Of a stretch of 30,823 nucleotides of DNA, positions 18,782 through 28,097 are shown piece after piece; the stretch's first letter is position 1; each line of letters starts with the position of its first letter. The stretch spans positions 1 to 30,823 of the forward strand of contig JAISAU010000015.1 in assembly GCA_031266555.1 (NCBI GenBank), given 5' to 3'. The stretch comes from Campylobacteraceae bacterium. Its GTDB lineage: Bacteria; Campylobacterota; Campylobacteria; Campylobacterales; Campylobacteraceae. Position numbers and translations under genes: made by a program. Under the pieces are notes generated by a model. It was not told the origin of the DNA and searched no databases. It worked only from the letters and a program-made list of their open reading frames with translations.

Positions 18782-19613
18782 AACTATTTTTTTATTAACT
18801 GCTTTAACGTTGTTGTTTGTTTTCATCGGAGGTTATATAGGTGGACAAAATGGAATGTTAATAGCGTTTGGCATAGCTGTGGCTATGAACTTTTTTAGCT
18901 ATTTTTATTCGGACAAACTTGTGCTAAAACATTACCGCGCGGTAGAAGTTGGCAAACAAAACGCAAGAGGATTTCATGAAATAGTAGAAAGATTGGCGCG
19001 AAAAGCTAATCTTCCTATGCCTAAAGTTTATATTATTCCAGAATCCGTTCCAAACGCTTTTGCAACAGGCAGAAACCCAAAAAATGCGGCAGTTGCGGCA
19101 ACAGAAGGACTTTTGAATCTGCTAACACCTCAAGAGATTGAAGGCGTAATGGCGCATGAACTCTCACATGTAAGACATTACGATATTCTGATAGGTTCTG
19201 TCGCGGCGACTATCGCAGGAGCTATTGCCATTATAGCCAATATTATGCATTACGGTGGAGCGTTTAATGGTAGCAGAAATCGCCAAAATGCGCTTGTTAT
19301 GATAGCTATAGCTATTGTCTTGCCGCTTGCCGCTACCGTTATTCAAATGACAATAAGCCGAAATCGCGAATATATGGCTGACGAGGGAGCGGCTAAAATC
19401 ACAAAACATCCCGAATACCTTCAAAGCGCGCTTTCAAAGCTTGACGCTTACGCAAGAGGCAGGGTTATGCAACAAGCTTCGCAAGAAAGTGCTCATATGT
19501 TTATCATCAATCCGTTTGCAGGTAAAAAGGTGTCGTTTAGAGAGCTTTTTTCAACTCACCCCAGCATAGAAAATAGAATAGCAAGGCTTGAAGAGCTTAA
19601 AAAAATATTATGA
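18768..19613 (+). CDS. htpX: Zinc metalloprotease HtpX (M48).
   Basis: 281 aa. HELSHV zincin motif, N-terminal TM helices and downstream glutamate. GTG start with an AAGGAG RBS. Confidence 0.85.
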   Translation: MEIFKTIFLLTALTLLFVFIGGYIGGQNGMLIAFGIAVAMNFFSYFYSDKLVLKHYRAVEVGKQNARGFHEIVERLARKANLPMPKVYIIPESVPNAFATGRNPKNAAVAATEGLLNLLTPQEIEGVMAHELSHVRHYDILIGSVAATIAGAIAIIANIMHYGGAFNGSRNRQNALVMIAIAIVLPLAATVIQMTISRNREYMADEGAAKITKHPEYLQSALSKLDAYARGRVMQQASQESAHMFIINPFAGKKVSFRELFSTHPSIENRIARLEELKKIL

Positions 19614-19626
19614 TTTTTAGCTTCTT

Positions 19627-20010
19627 TTAGCTATTTTTACAATCTTTTACAAAAATTTTTATTTTTGTTTTAACACAATCTATATTTTCATATGGAGTAT
19701 TTTGAAGTACAAAATTATCTACAACATCACTTATGGTAATTTTTAAAGAAATGAACTCTTTTTGATGTTTTTTCTTTAAAAATGACATATCTATAAATTC
19801 TAAAGTGGTTAATATTTCTTCTCTTTTTAGAGGTCTACGCTTTTTGTCAGTTGACTTTAGATCTTCAAGCTTCGTAACAATTTCAGCAATAGTATGTATT
19901 ACGTTTTTTATATTTGATTTAGCTGTCTTGCGTTGACTATAAAGGTGATATGCTGTTGGTATTATAACTCCATAAATGAAGCTCGCAACATCTATGCCCA
20001 TAATGGTCAT
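19627..20010 (-). CDS. Small hypothetical protein with an N-terminal transmembrane segment. It is the last gene of the AT-rich three-gene island.
   Basis: 127 aa. GIDVASFIYGVIIPTAY is hydrophobic. The 4-nt overlap with the upstream gene suggests translational coupling. Confidence 0.55.
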   Translation of the reverse strand: MTIMGIDVASFIYGVIIPTAYHLYSQRKTAKSNIKNVIHTIAEIVTKLEDLKSTDKKRRPLKREEILTTLEFIDMSFLKKKHQKEFISLKITISDVVDNFVLQNTPYENIDCVKTKIKIFVKDCKNS

Positions 20011-20345
20011 TTTTTGCCTTCAATTTCATGTAAAACATATTCCATCATTTTTTTTTCAAAAATTTTACCTTTTTCAGTATCGTTTTTTACTTTTATAATT
20101 TTTTGAAATTTTTCTATACCATACAAAGCAGCAATTTGACCAAATGCTTCTGATAAAAAAGATGGACCGAATGATAAAAGAACATCGTCAACATTTAATT
20201 CTATCGGCATATTCTTGTCAAAATATTGTTTTAAAACGGTTTCTCTAAACTCTTCTCCAGAAAATTCGCCAATTTCTTTAAAACGTGGTCCAGGATAAGG
20301 CGTAAATTTCTCAGCAAAATTATATTTTTCTATAATATTAGACAT
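20007..20345 (-). CDS. STAS-like small protein of the DUF4325 type (putative partner-switching antagonist).
   Basis: 112 aa. SGEEFRE...ELNVDDVLLSFGPSFLSEAFG resembles the STAS/anti-sigma-antagonist core and my recollection of the DUF4325 consensus. Confidence 0.5.
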   Translation of the reverse strand: MSNIIEKYNFAEKFTPYPGPRFKEIGEFSGEEFRETVLKQYFDKNMPIELNVDDVLLSFGPSFLSEAFGQIAALYGIEKFQKIIKVKNDTEKGKIFEKKMMEYVLHEIEGKK

Positions 20346-20358
20346 GTTTTCTCCTTAA

Positions 20359-21528
20359 CTATCTAATTTTCATTTTCCAACATATTAAAAAGCCATCAAT
20401 AAACAATGGCATTATCTTTGTTTCTTCTGTTTCTTGTTCATCATTGAACTTAAAATGATATTTGCCATTCCCCGACATAACAATCATTTCGCAACTATAT
20501 CCACACTTCTGCGCGAATTCTTTAAATTTTTTAAATCCATATCCTCTTATTCTATCTCGTTTACCTTTATATTTAGGTAATTCATCATTAACAAGCATCT
20601 TTATTATATCACTATCCGACTTAGCTTTATTAGCGATTTCTCTGAAAAAACTTCTAATGGTCTCATTAGAGTTATACTCTAGAGTTTTTCTTAATCCAAC
20701 TCCATAATCTCTAAAAGCAAACTCCAATGTATTCTCTATGGTATCATAATGACCACATAGCCACCACTTATTTTTCATTTTTAGCGGGATGTCTTCTATG
20801 TACGCATGTTCGCATGTATTGGCCATTGCCTCTGTAATAGCATCATCAAAATAATTTTGTATTTGCAAAGACAGCATAAAACCGATCTTTGAGTTTATAA
20901 ATTTCCTAATCTCTACAATATCTTCGCCCAAGTGTTTATTGTTAGATTTTATTTTTAAAAAGTAATCATTTTTAACACTTTGTGATACTGAATATGGTTT
21001 ACTTATATTCCAATACTCCCAATATCCAGATTCAAGTAAAACGTAACGTACTTTATCCAATGTTTTATTTATACCATATTTTTCATTGTATTTTAAAATG
21101 CTCTCGTCATCAATTTTTAATTTTAACTTAATTGAATTGCGCAATATATCTATTTTTGATACCAGCCACAACAAACCGTCTATAGAAATAGATTTAAGAT
21201 GCTTATGATTTATAATTATAGATTTTTGTGTAGATTTGCAATATCTTTCTATTTTTTTATTAAAAATAATTAAACTACTCTCATCATTTACAAAAAAATT
21301 TATTTTTTGTGGAATTTCTATAATTCCGATTTCTAGTTTTTTATTTATATCTTTATTTCCACATTTTTTTCTCCCTTCATATCTTTTTAAAAATTTAAAT
21401 AATTGTGGTCTAATTAATCCTTTGCAATTAGGTTCTTTACTTAATAGCTTCTTCCATTTTTTCCATTTTTTTCTCTTAATATATCTTTTAATTTTATGTT
21501 GTGTTAGAAATTTTTCTCGTATGGTCAC
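20359..21528 (-). CDS. GHKL-family (HATPase_c) ATPase with an unusual, highly basic N-terminal region.
   Basis: 389 aa. N-box ITEAMANTCEHAY, G1 RDYGVGL, G2 RGYGFKKF and G3-like MSGNGKY in the C-terminal third. The N-terminus KRYIKRKKWKKWKK is extremely basic. Confidence 0.6.
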   Translation of the reverse strand: MTIREKFLTQHKIKRYIKRKKWKKWKKLLSKEPNCKGLIRPQLFKFLKRYEGRKKCGNKDINKKLEIGIIEIPQKINFFVNDESSLIIFNKKIERYCKSTQKSIIINHKHLKSISIDGLLWLVSKIDILRNSIKLKLKIDDESILKYNEKYGINKTLDKVRYVLLESGYWEYWNISKPYSVSQSVKNDYFLKIKSNNKHLGEDIVEIRKFINSKIGFMLSLQIQNYFDDAITEAMANTCEHAYIEDIPLKMKNKWWLCGHYDTIENTLEFAFRDYGVGLRKTLEYNSNETIRSFFREIANKAKSDSDIIKMLVNDELPKYKGKRDRIRGYGFKKFKEFAQKCGYSCEMIVMSGNGKYHFKFNDEQETEETKIMPLFIDGFLICWKMKIR

Positions 21529-21615
21529 ATCAGAACCTTTTTAAAGTATCAAACAAAAAAATATTCAGACAAATTTAAGAAAATTTATCCGGACTTCCAA
21601 TCTGCTTTTATTTTT

Positions 21616-23187
21616 CTACACTTTTTTATCAGTATTTTTTTGCTTCTCTTCACTTTTATTCTTGCTATTTTCAACAGTTACAGAACCCAAAAATTCAGGT
21701 AAATCAAGACCTGCTTGTTTAGCTATGTCATGCAATGGCGGAAGAGTTTTAATCATATTTTTCATAAAATTAGCGGTAGAGCTTTTTTCGCCGTTCGCGT
21801 TATCCCAAACAGTAATCTTATCAATCTTAATGTTTTTGATAGCCTCTGTTTGCATTTTGACAATCTCTTCAAGCTTCTCTACCAAAAGCAATGTTGTAGC
21901 GCTTTTCGCGTCACTATTAGCGGCTTTAATCAACGTCTGATAACCAAGCGCTTTAGCGTCAAGCACTTTTTTAATACCTTCGGCTTCAGCGGATTTTACA
22001 AGCAAAATAGCGTCTGCTTCGCCTTGCGCGAGGCGACGTTGCTGTTCAGCGTTTGCGGCGGCGTCAATCTCAATTTTTCGCTTTTCTATCTCACGAGGCA
22101 CAATCTCTTCCGCTTCAAGACGACGCTGTTCTGCAAAAGCTTTGGCTTTTTGTATCTCGGCTTCCGCTTCTTGTTGCGCCACTTCTCCGCGTTTCGCGGC
22201 TTGTGCTTCACGTTCAAAAAGTGTAGCGTTCGACATGGCTATCTCGGCTTTTGAAGTATTTTCGCCCTCAACGGCTCTAGCGTTAAAATCAGCTATTTGT
22301 ATTCTCTGCTCTTTGTCGTACTCCGCCACTTGCACTTGTTGCTCTTTGCTAAGCTCGGCGACTCTTACCAATTGTTCTTTATCGTATTGGGCTATTTGTA
22401 CCTGCTGTTCTTTGTTGTATTCGGCGACTTTTACTTGCTGCTCTTTATTATATTCAGCTACTCTTACTTGTTCGTCTTTGGCAAATTGCGCAACTTGTAT
22501 ATGCTGCTCTTTTCTCGCTTCAGCCTCGCCTATAGCGCCTTTTTTATCTTGCTCCGCCACATCTATTTTGGCTTGGTTGATAGCCGTTAAAGCCGCTTTT
22601 TTACCAATACTCTCTATGTATCCGGATTCATCCGTTATATCGGTGACATTTACATTTATTAGGCAAAGTCCTATTTTGTCAAGTTCTGTGCCGATATTTT
22701 TTCTTATCGCGTCCAAAAAACGCTCTCTGTCTTGATTGATTTGTTCAATCGTTAACGAAGCCACGGTCAAACGCAACTGTCCGATAATAATCTCAGTCGC
22801 CATAGACTCAATATCTTTTTGCCCAAGTCCCAAAAGCCTGACAGCCGCTGAATTCATGCTATCGCTTTCCGTTGCTATAGCCACCGTAAAAGTACTTGGC
22901 ACATTAACGCGAATATTTTGCAATGAAAGAGCGCCTTTTAGCGGAATATTAATCGTAAGCGGAGTTAAATCAAGATATTTATAATCTTGTATCAAAGGCC
23001 ATACGAAAGCTCCGCCGCCATGCAGACAATGAGCTGATTTGCCGCCCCCTACTTTTCCGTATACGACTAAAATTTGATTGGAGGCGCAACGTTTATAGCG
23101 ACTAGCCAAAAACATAATCAAAACAAAAATAAAGATTACGAAAAACAGTATCGCAATCAACGCAAAATTCAAATCCTCTATATACAT
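21616..23187 (-). CDS. Flotillin/SPFH (band 7) family protein, YqiK-like.
   Basis: 523 aa. N-terminal TM helix, an SPFH domain and a long EA/Q-rich coiled-coil segment with 11-aa repeats. It is adjacent to an NfeD/YqiJ-like gene. Confidence 0.8.
   Translation of the reverse strand: MYIEDLNFALIAILFFVIFIFVLIMFLASRYKRCASNQILVVYGKVGGGKSAHCLHGGGAFVWPLIQDYKYLDLTPLTINIPLKGALSLQNIRVNVPSTFTVAIATESDSMNSAAVRLLGLGQKDIESMATEIIIGQLRLTVASLTIEQINQDRERFLDAIRKNIGTELDKIGLCLINVNVTDITDESGYIESIGKKAALTAINQAKIDVAEQDKKGAIGEAEARKEQHIQVAQFAKDEQVRVAEYNKEQQVKVAEYNKEQQVQIAQYDKEQLVRVAELSKEQQVQVAEYDKEQRIQIADFNARAVEGENTSKAEIAMSNATLFEREAQAAKRGEVAQQEAEAEIQKAKAFAEQRRLEAEEIVPREIEKRKIEIDAAANAEQQRRLAQGEADAILLVKSAEAEGIKKVLDAKALGYQTLIKAANSDAKSATTLLLVEKLEEIVKMQTEAIKNIKIDKITVWDNANGEKSSTANFMKNMIKTLPPLHDIAKQAGLDLPEFLGSVTVENSKNKSEEKQKNTDKKV
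22290..22500 (-). repeat. About six in-frame tandem 33-bp repeats, encoding 11-aa units of the form VAEYNKEQQVK, inside the flotillin gene.
   Basis: AQFAKDEQVRV / AEYNKEQQVKV / AEYNKEQQVQI / AQYDKEQLVRV / AELSKEQQVQV / AEYDKEQRIQI. The DNA period of 33 is visible in the sequence. Confidence 0.8.
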
Positions 23188-23189
23188 AT

Positions 23190-23729
23190 TTAGCTCCCCT
23201 TCTTCTCAAATAGACACACAGCAACAGTATGCGAATCTATTATATGCGTAATTACCACTCTCTCAAATGAATTTATACTTATCTCATCTTCAGTTATTGC
23301 GTCAAATTCATGCTTTGTGCCGTTAATAGATAATATAACTCTGCCAACTCCTCCAAGCGGTATTCTCACATAAACCTCAGCATTTTGTCCAACCGACTCT
23401 TTGATATCAAACACCACTCCGCTGCTTTTTAATTTCATAGCTAATTTAAAAAGCCAAGCTGTGATAAACATCGCTATAAAACCGCAAATTATAGCAATGA
23501 CGACCGAAGTTAGCAGTGATAGCTTAAATTGATAACCGCAAGCAAGTCCAACCCAACCAAACATCGCTATAAAACTTGTAATAGAATTTAAAGACAGAAG
23601 TTTAAAAGCGCCTTCCGTGGCGTCCAACTCATCGGTATTATCGCCGTCAAATCCGCCCACAATGGACACAGCTACTCTTAAGATAAAAAACACGGAACCC
23701 GCTACAGCGGCAATCCAAAAAATATGCAT
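23190..23729 (-). CDS. NfeD-family / YqiJ-like membrane protein, the flotillin partner.
   Basis: 179 aa. Several N-terminal TM helices and a C-terminal beta-rich (OB-like) domain. Operon arrangement with the flotillin gene (stop/start 3 nt apart). Confidence 0.65.
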   Translation of the reverse strand: MHIFWIAAVAGSVFFILRVAVSIVGGFDGDNTDELDATEGAFKLLSLNSITSFIAMFGWVGLACGYQFKLSLLTSVVIAIICGFIAMFITAWLFKLAMKLKSSGVVFDIKESVGQNAEVYVRIPLGGVGRVILSINGTKHEFDAITEDEISINSFERVVITHIIDSHTVAVCLFEKKGS

Positions 23730-23828
23730 GAAGCCTCTCTCGCCCTTAACGAGCTTTCAAAATATTTTGAGAATAATATCTAAAAGAATTCTAATTTATG
23801 CTTTAATATTTAAATATTTTATGAAGTT

Positions 23829-24278
23829 TTAAAGTTCTAGAATAAAACTTGCTCCGACATTGTCTTTTTTTGATATGATATTTATTTTCCAGCTCATTTT
23901 GCCGTGCATACATGTAGGAAGTAACGCTTTGCCTTGATAACTATTTTCACTCATTTTTGCCAAAGAGTATTCAAAAATACCCATATCCATACTAGTCCCG
24001 TAAATTCGCGCTAAAAGCTCGTCGTCTTTAAAACCGTCAGCTTGTATATTAAAATTCATATTTTCGCCAGCTCCAAACGGCTTATCGATATCAAGTATAA
24101 TGCTTTTATCATTTCCCAAAACAACTTCGCAAGAACTTATATGTAAGTCGCATTCTGTTTGCGTTTCATAAAACGTTATGTCTTTTTGTAAAAAAGAGTG
24201 TATTTTACCGCTTTGAAAAAGAAAAACGCCAAGCGCTGCAAGAATTAAAACCACTACTATCAAAACTTTTTTCAACAC
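23829..24278 (-). CDS. Hypothetical exported or membrane-anchored protein.
   Basis: 149 aa. N-terminal signal/anchor sequence MLKKVLIVVVLILAALGVFLF. Confidence 0.55.
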   Translation of the reverse strand: MLKKVLIVVVLILAALGVFLFQSGKIHSFLQKDITFYETQTECDLHISSCEVVLGNDKSIILDIDKPFGAGENMNFNIQADGFKDDELLARIYGTSMDMGIFEYSLAKMSENSYQGKALLPTCMHGKMSWKINIISKKDNVGASFILEL

Positions 24279-24371
24279 GATAACGCCTTTTTACTATTTT
24301 AAGTGCGGATTGTATCAAAAAGTAAGTTAAAATCCCATATAATTGCGTTTTATATTTTTGAGGTTTTTATA

Positions 24372-24602
24372 ATGAAACAAGACGAGTTAAAAAAAGAGCT
24401 TGACGAATTTTTCGCGATCCGAGACGAGATATTTGAGTTTTTGGACAAATCCGTCCCTAAAGATAAAAGCGGTTTTAATTTTGATTTTAGTAAAGACCCT
24501 ACGCTTAACGCGCGAGACTTTTACAAAATTTTCTACAGATACGACTATAAAGCGCGAAAAACTTTCGCGAGCGCGATGAAAATGTTAAATGCCAAAAATT
24601 AA
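24372..24602 (+). CDS. Small hypothetical protein.
   Basis: 76 aa from the ATG at 24372. The ORF track's earlier start has no RBS. It overlaps the alr start by 14 nt. Confidence 0.4.
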   Translation: MKQDELKKELDEFFAIRDEIFEFLDKSVPKDKSGFNFDFSKDPTLNARDFYKIFYRYDYKARKTFASAMKMLNAKN

Positions 24603-25614
24603 ATTATATTCGCAAAACCTAGCTTTAAATCTGGATATTTTAGCGAAAAAAGCCGGCGATAAAGAGAGGATAATCGCAGTTTTGAAAGATAACGCATACG
24701 GACACGGGCTTAGCGTATTCGCTCCAAAAGTAGCAAGTTTAGGAATAACTCACGCTATCACAAGAGAAGCGAAAGAAGCTTTAGAGATCGAAGGATTTTT
24801 TCGCGATATTATCGTTTTATCCGAACATAAAGAGGCGTTTTTTAAACATCCTAAAATAATTTTCGCGGTAAATGAATTTGAAGCGTTAAAAAGCGCGCCA
24901 AGCGGCGTTCATATAGCTCTCAAAATAGACACCGGAATGCACAGAAACGGCATAAGCGCCGATGAATTAGACAGCGCTTGCAAGCTGATAGCGGATAAAA
25001 AACTTTTGCTTCATAGTATATTTACGCATTTTAGATCGGCGGACGAGATAAGCGGCGAATTTTTTTGGCAACGTAAAAATTTTAATGAAATCAAGGCAAA
25101 ATACGCTGACGTTTCCAAGCGATACTCTTTGCCAAAAGTCTATTTTCACTCCTGCAATTCGGCGGCTCTTTTAAGATGTAACAAATTTGACGAGGATTTT
25201 GCCAGAGTTGGAATAGCAATGTACGGATATTGCGATTTACCCGAAGCTTTTGGTAGTTTTGGACTCAAACCCGTACTTGAACTGTTTGCGAAACGAATAA
25301 GCGCAAAAGAGTTGCAAAAAGGGCAGCGCGTAGGTTACGGCGGTGTATTTACATCCGATAAAAATATGCTCTCATCTTTATATGATATAGGGTATGCTGA
25401 CGGTATTTTGAGATATGACGGTAAAAAAGAGTTACGAACGACAACCAAATCGCTCATTTTAGGACGCGTATCTATGGACTCTATGAGCGTAAACAGCGAT
25501 GAGGAAGAGATATCCGTATTTAATGACGCGACTGTTTGGGCAAAGTATTTTAATACCATAAGTTACGATATCTTAGTGAAATTAAACGCGAAAATCTCGC
25601 GAGAGTTTGCATAG
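24589..25614 (+). CDS. alr: Alanine racemase.
   Basis: 341 aa. PLP-lysine motif AVLKDNAYGHG. The remaining blocks fit the Alr fold. Confidence 0.85.
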   Translation: MPKIKLYSQNLALNLDILAKKAGDKERIIAVLKDNAYGHGLSVFAPKVASLGITHAITREAKEALEIEGFFRDIIVLSEHKEAFFKHPKIIFAVNEFEALKSAPSGVHIALKIDTGMHRNGISADELDSACKLIADKKLLLHSIFTHFRSADEISGEFFWQRKNFNEIKAKYADVSKRYSLPKVYFHSCNSAALLRCNKFDEDFARVGIAMYGYCDLPEAFGSFGLKPVLELFAKRISAKELQKGQRVGYGGVFTSDKNMLSSLYDIGYADGILRYDGKKELRTTTKSLILGRVSMDSMSVNSDEEEISVFNDATVWAKYFNTISYDILVKLNAKISREFA

Positions 25615-25805
25615 CTTGTATTTATTTTGAAACAATTTATAGGTATTATTTTAAAGCCTTACATGTAACAATGTTTACGTGATAGTTGTAAATTATGCTG
25701 ATTTTGCATATACATGTAGAGGTTGCTATCATTAACCGTTATTGTGTATTTTTTAAACTATAAAATAATATAATGCAAAAAATCTAACTCACAAAAGGCA
25801 AAACC

Positions 25806-26660
25806 ATGAAAAAGCTGTTCGTGTCTTTTATCTTTATCGTTTTGGCAAATGTTTTGGCACTCGCGCAATCATCGGTTTGGGAGATAAGCAAGGACGGAAA
25901 CTCTCTTTATATCGGAGGAAGCGTGCATATATTAAGAGCGCAAGATTTTCCGCTCCCAAAAGAATTTAATATGGCTTTTAATAAATCCGATACATTGGTT
26001 TTTGAAGTTAACATTGACGAAGCGAAAGATCCTGATACTGTGCAAAAAATATTGCGATATATGACGCTTCCGGAAAATAAAACCCTAAAAACCGTACTTA
26101 ATCAAAAAACTTACGAACTGCTTGCAACAAAATGCAAAGAGCTTGGTTTGCCGATAGAATATATGGAAAATTTCTCTCCGTTTTCAGTAGTAAACATTCT
26201 TCTTGTAGCCCAAATTGGAAAACTTGGTTTTATGTCTCAAGGAGTTGACGCGTATTATCATGCCGAAGCCGTGCAGAATGCTAAAAAAACAGAATTTCTT
26301 GAAACGTTCGAGTTTCAATTAAAACTATTTTATGATTTTGGTATGATAGGAGACGAATATGTCCTGCAATCTATTAACGAACTGGACGATTTGGAAGACG
26401 TTATGCCCTCTCTAATAGCCGAATGGCGCAGCGGAACTTCAAAGACTATTGATAAAATGCAAAAAGAGATGAAAGAAAAATTTCCAAGTTTATATAAGGC
26501 GATTGTGATTGACAGAAATCAAAAGTGGCTTGTCTCAATTGAAAAGTATCTATCCACAAAAGATGTGGAATTCATAATCGTAGGTCTTGGACATGTGCAA
26601 AGCGACGATGGGTTATTGGAGAGCTTAAAAAGAAAAGGCTACTCTGTAAAACAGCTGTGA
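25806..26660 (+). CDS. TraB/GumN-family protein, exported.
   Basis: 284 aa. Signal peptide MKKLFVSFIFIVLANVLALA. The GSVHIL and LGHV blocks are typical of TraB/GumN/PrgY-like proteins. Confidence 0.65.
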   Translation: MKKLFVSFIFIVLANVLALAQSSVWEISKDGNSLYIGGSVHILRAQDFPLPKEFNMAFNKSDTLVFEVNIDEAKDPDTVQKILRYMTLPENKTLKTVLNQKTYELLATKCKELGLPIEYMENFSPFSVVNILLVAQIGKLGFMSQGVDAYYHAEAVQNAKKTEFLETFEFQLKLFYDFGMIGDEYVLQSINELDDLEDVMPSLIAEWRSGTSKTIDKMQKEMKEKFPSLYKAIVIDRNQKWLVSIEKYLSTKDVEFIIVGLGHVQSDDGLLESLKRKGYSVKQL

Positions 26661-26856
26661 AGTCAAACTTAAAAGATTTATAACCAAATTTCAAGTTATG
26701 CTCCAATAACGAGCTTTTTAATTGCGAAAAGACAATGTGCTTGCAAACGCTACATGTATGAGTTTACAATACGCTCTTTGTGCAACGCTAAGAAAATAGG
26801 CAATTTGCGTAAAAAAAACGAGTTAAATTTTGGTGTTTGATTAAATTTAATAACAG

Positions 26857-26917
26857 TGGTATCCCGAACGCGTGAGATTAGGAATCTGACGCTCTATCCA
26901 GCTTGAGCTATCGGGAC
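26857..26917 (-). pseudogene. Decayed partial copy of the tRNA-Arg(CCT) gene at 29218-29294. About 19 nt of the T-arm are deleted and there is 1 nt inserted, and it carries the same 5' and 3' flanking sequence as the intact gene.
   Basis: tggtatcccgaacgcg[deletion]agattaggaatctgacgctctatccagcTtgagctatcgggac plus the flank acaaaatataaaTgtaaattatgccaaaa, compared with the intact copy and its flank. Confidence 0.7.
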
Positions 26918-26935
26918 AAAATATAAATGTAAATT

Positions 26936-27770
26936 ATGCCAAAATCCGGCATCCGCTATCAACGGTATATGGATTTGAATACGATTCAAAATTGGCTTTA
27001 AAATATATCCACGAAATCGCTTCATCCGGCGTTTTGGAGCGGCTTAGTATCAAAAAGGATAGATACGATACTATCCGCTAAGGAAGCGTAATTTTAGGCT
27101 TTTATCAGAAAGCTTAACGCAAAAAAATCATTACAAGCGGCGTTGGTATCAGAGAGGGAGTATATTTAAGCGATATATTGCATTCAAGTGGCACAAAATT
27201 TCCACATAATTTTGACCCTAGCATTGAACTGTTAAAAGATAAATTTAGCACAGACAAAAAGAAAGGCCGATTTTCGCATGCCATATAGAGAAGCTCTTTT
27301 GGGAGTTAAAGCCGTTGCACAAGCTTAATGACTGTTTTTTACGCCCGCTCATAGTAGCGGCAAAACTTGAGAGTATCGGAAGAAATCTTAGTTTTATAAA
27401 GTTCACTTACACAGCGCCTATTTTGTCTTAAATAACTTAAATTACGGATTTACTCACCAAGAAAAGACACTAGTCTCCACAATAATCAAGTTTTACAATA
27501 AAAAAGTCGCGCAAAACGATATATTTTTATATGAGAAACTATTGCCGCTGTATAGGAATTAAATTGGTTGATTTTTATCTTTTCTTTGGTAAAGATTTTC
27601 CAAGACAGAGGTGCGATAAAACCACTCTTTTTTGTGTTTTCCAATGGCTTTTTGAGTATCAAAAGCACAGAGTCTTTATATCTGACAAAAGAGCCGGTGA
27701 AAAAGATATTTAAACCGGAGGTATTCTCTATCGTTATTGATGATAATCAACAGCTTTCAATTCCCAACGG
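26936..27770 (+). pseudogene. Ppx/GppA-family (exopolyphosphatase / pppGpp phosphohydrolase) gene remnant. It is 5'-truncated and broken by stop codons and frameshifts.
   Basis: Translated fragments: ...RYDTIR*, GVGIREGVYLSDIL (the REG motif at the end of the Ppx actin-like domain), EKLFWELKPLHKL..LIVAAKLESIGRNLSF (the HD-domain region, with H-D replaced by E-S), GFTHQEKTLVSTIIKFYNKK. They lie in three different frames. Confidence 0.55.
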
Positions 27771-28097
27771 ATAATATTATAACAGCGCTATAACCGATAT
27801 AAATAAACAACACAAAAGATATTATATTAAGAAACAAACTTTTTTATATAAAAAATAGACAAAAATGGCGGATATAAAAATATATACAAAACTTATCAAG
27901 TAATAAAATATTCCCGCCAATATGACTATACTAAAACAGTAATCTCCCGTTAAATTATAAAGCAAAGTTGAAATCAACATTAAAAATAGAGGCACAATAA
28001 AAATGCTGTTATATTTCTGTAAAATATGACTCTTTTTTCTATCTCTTCTTGCGCATTATTCTGTCTTTCCGACGTATTTTTGTCTATTTTGCACAAT

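Noticed and set aside
22290-22500. Possible CRISPR array (a regularly spaced ~33-bp repeat)
   Set aside because: The repeats are contiguous with no spacers, lie in frame inside a long SPFH-domain ORF, and encode a coiled-coil peptide repeat. No cas genes are present anywhere in the window.
21662-22984. Plus-strand ORFs (up to 197 aa) antisense to the flotillin gene, and similar antisense ORFs inside the 1439-aa gene, hemN, argF and htpX
   Set aside because: These are shadow ORFs created by long genes on the opposite strand. The repeat-driven ORF at 22142-22735 is just the reverse reading of the 33-bp repeats.
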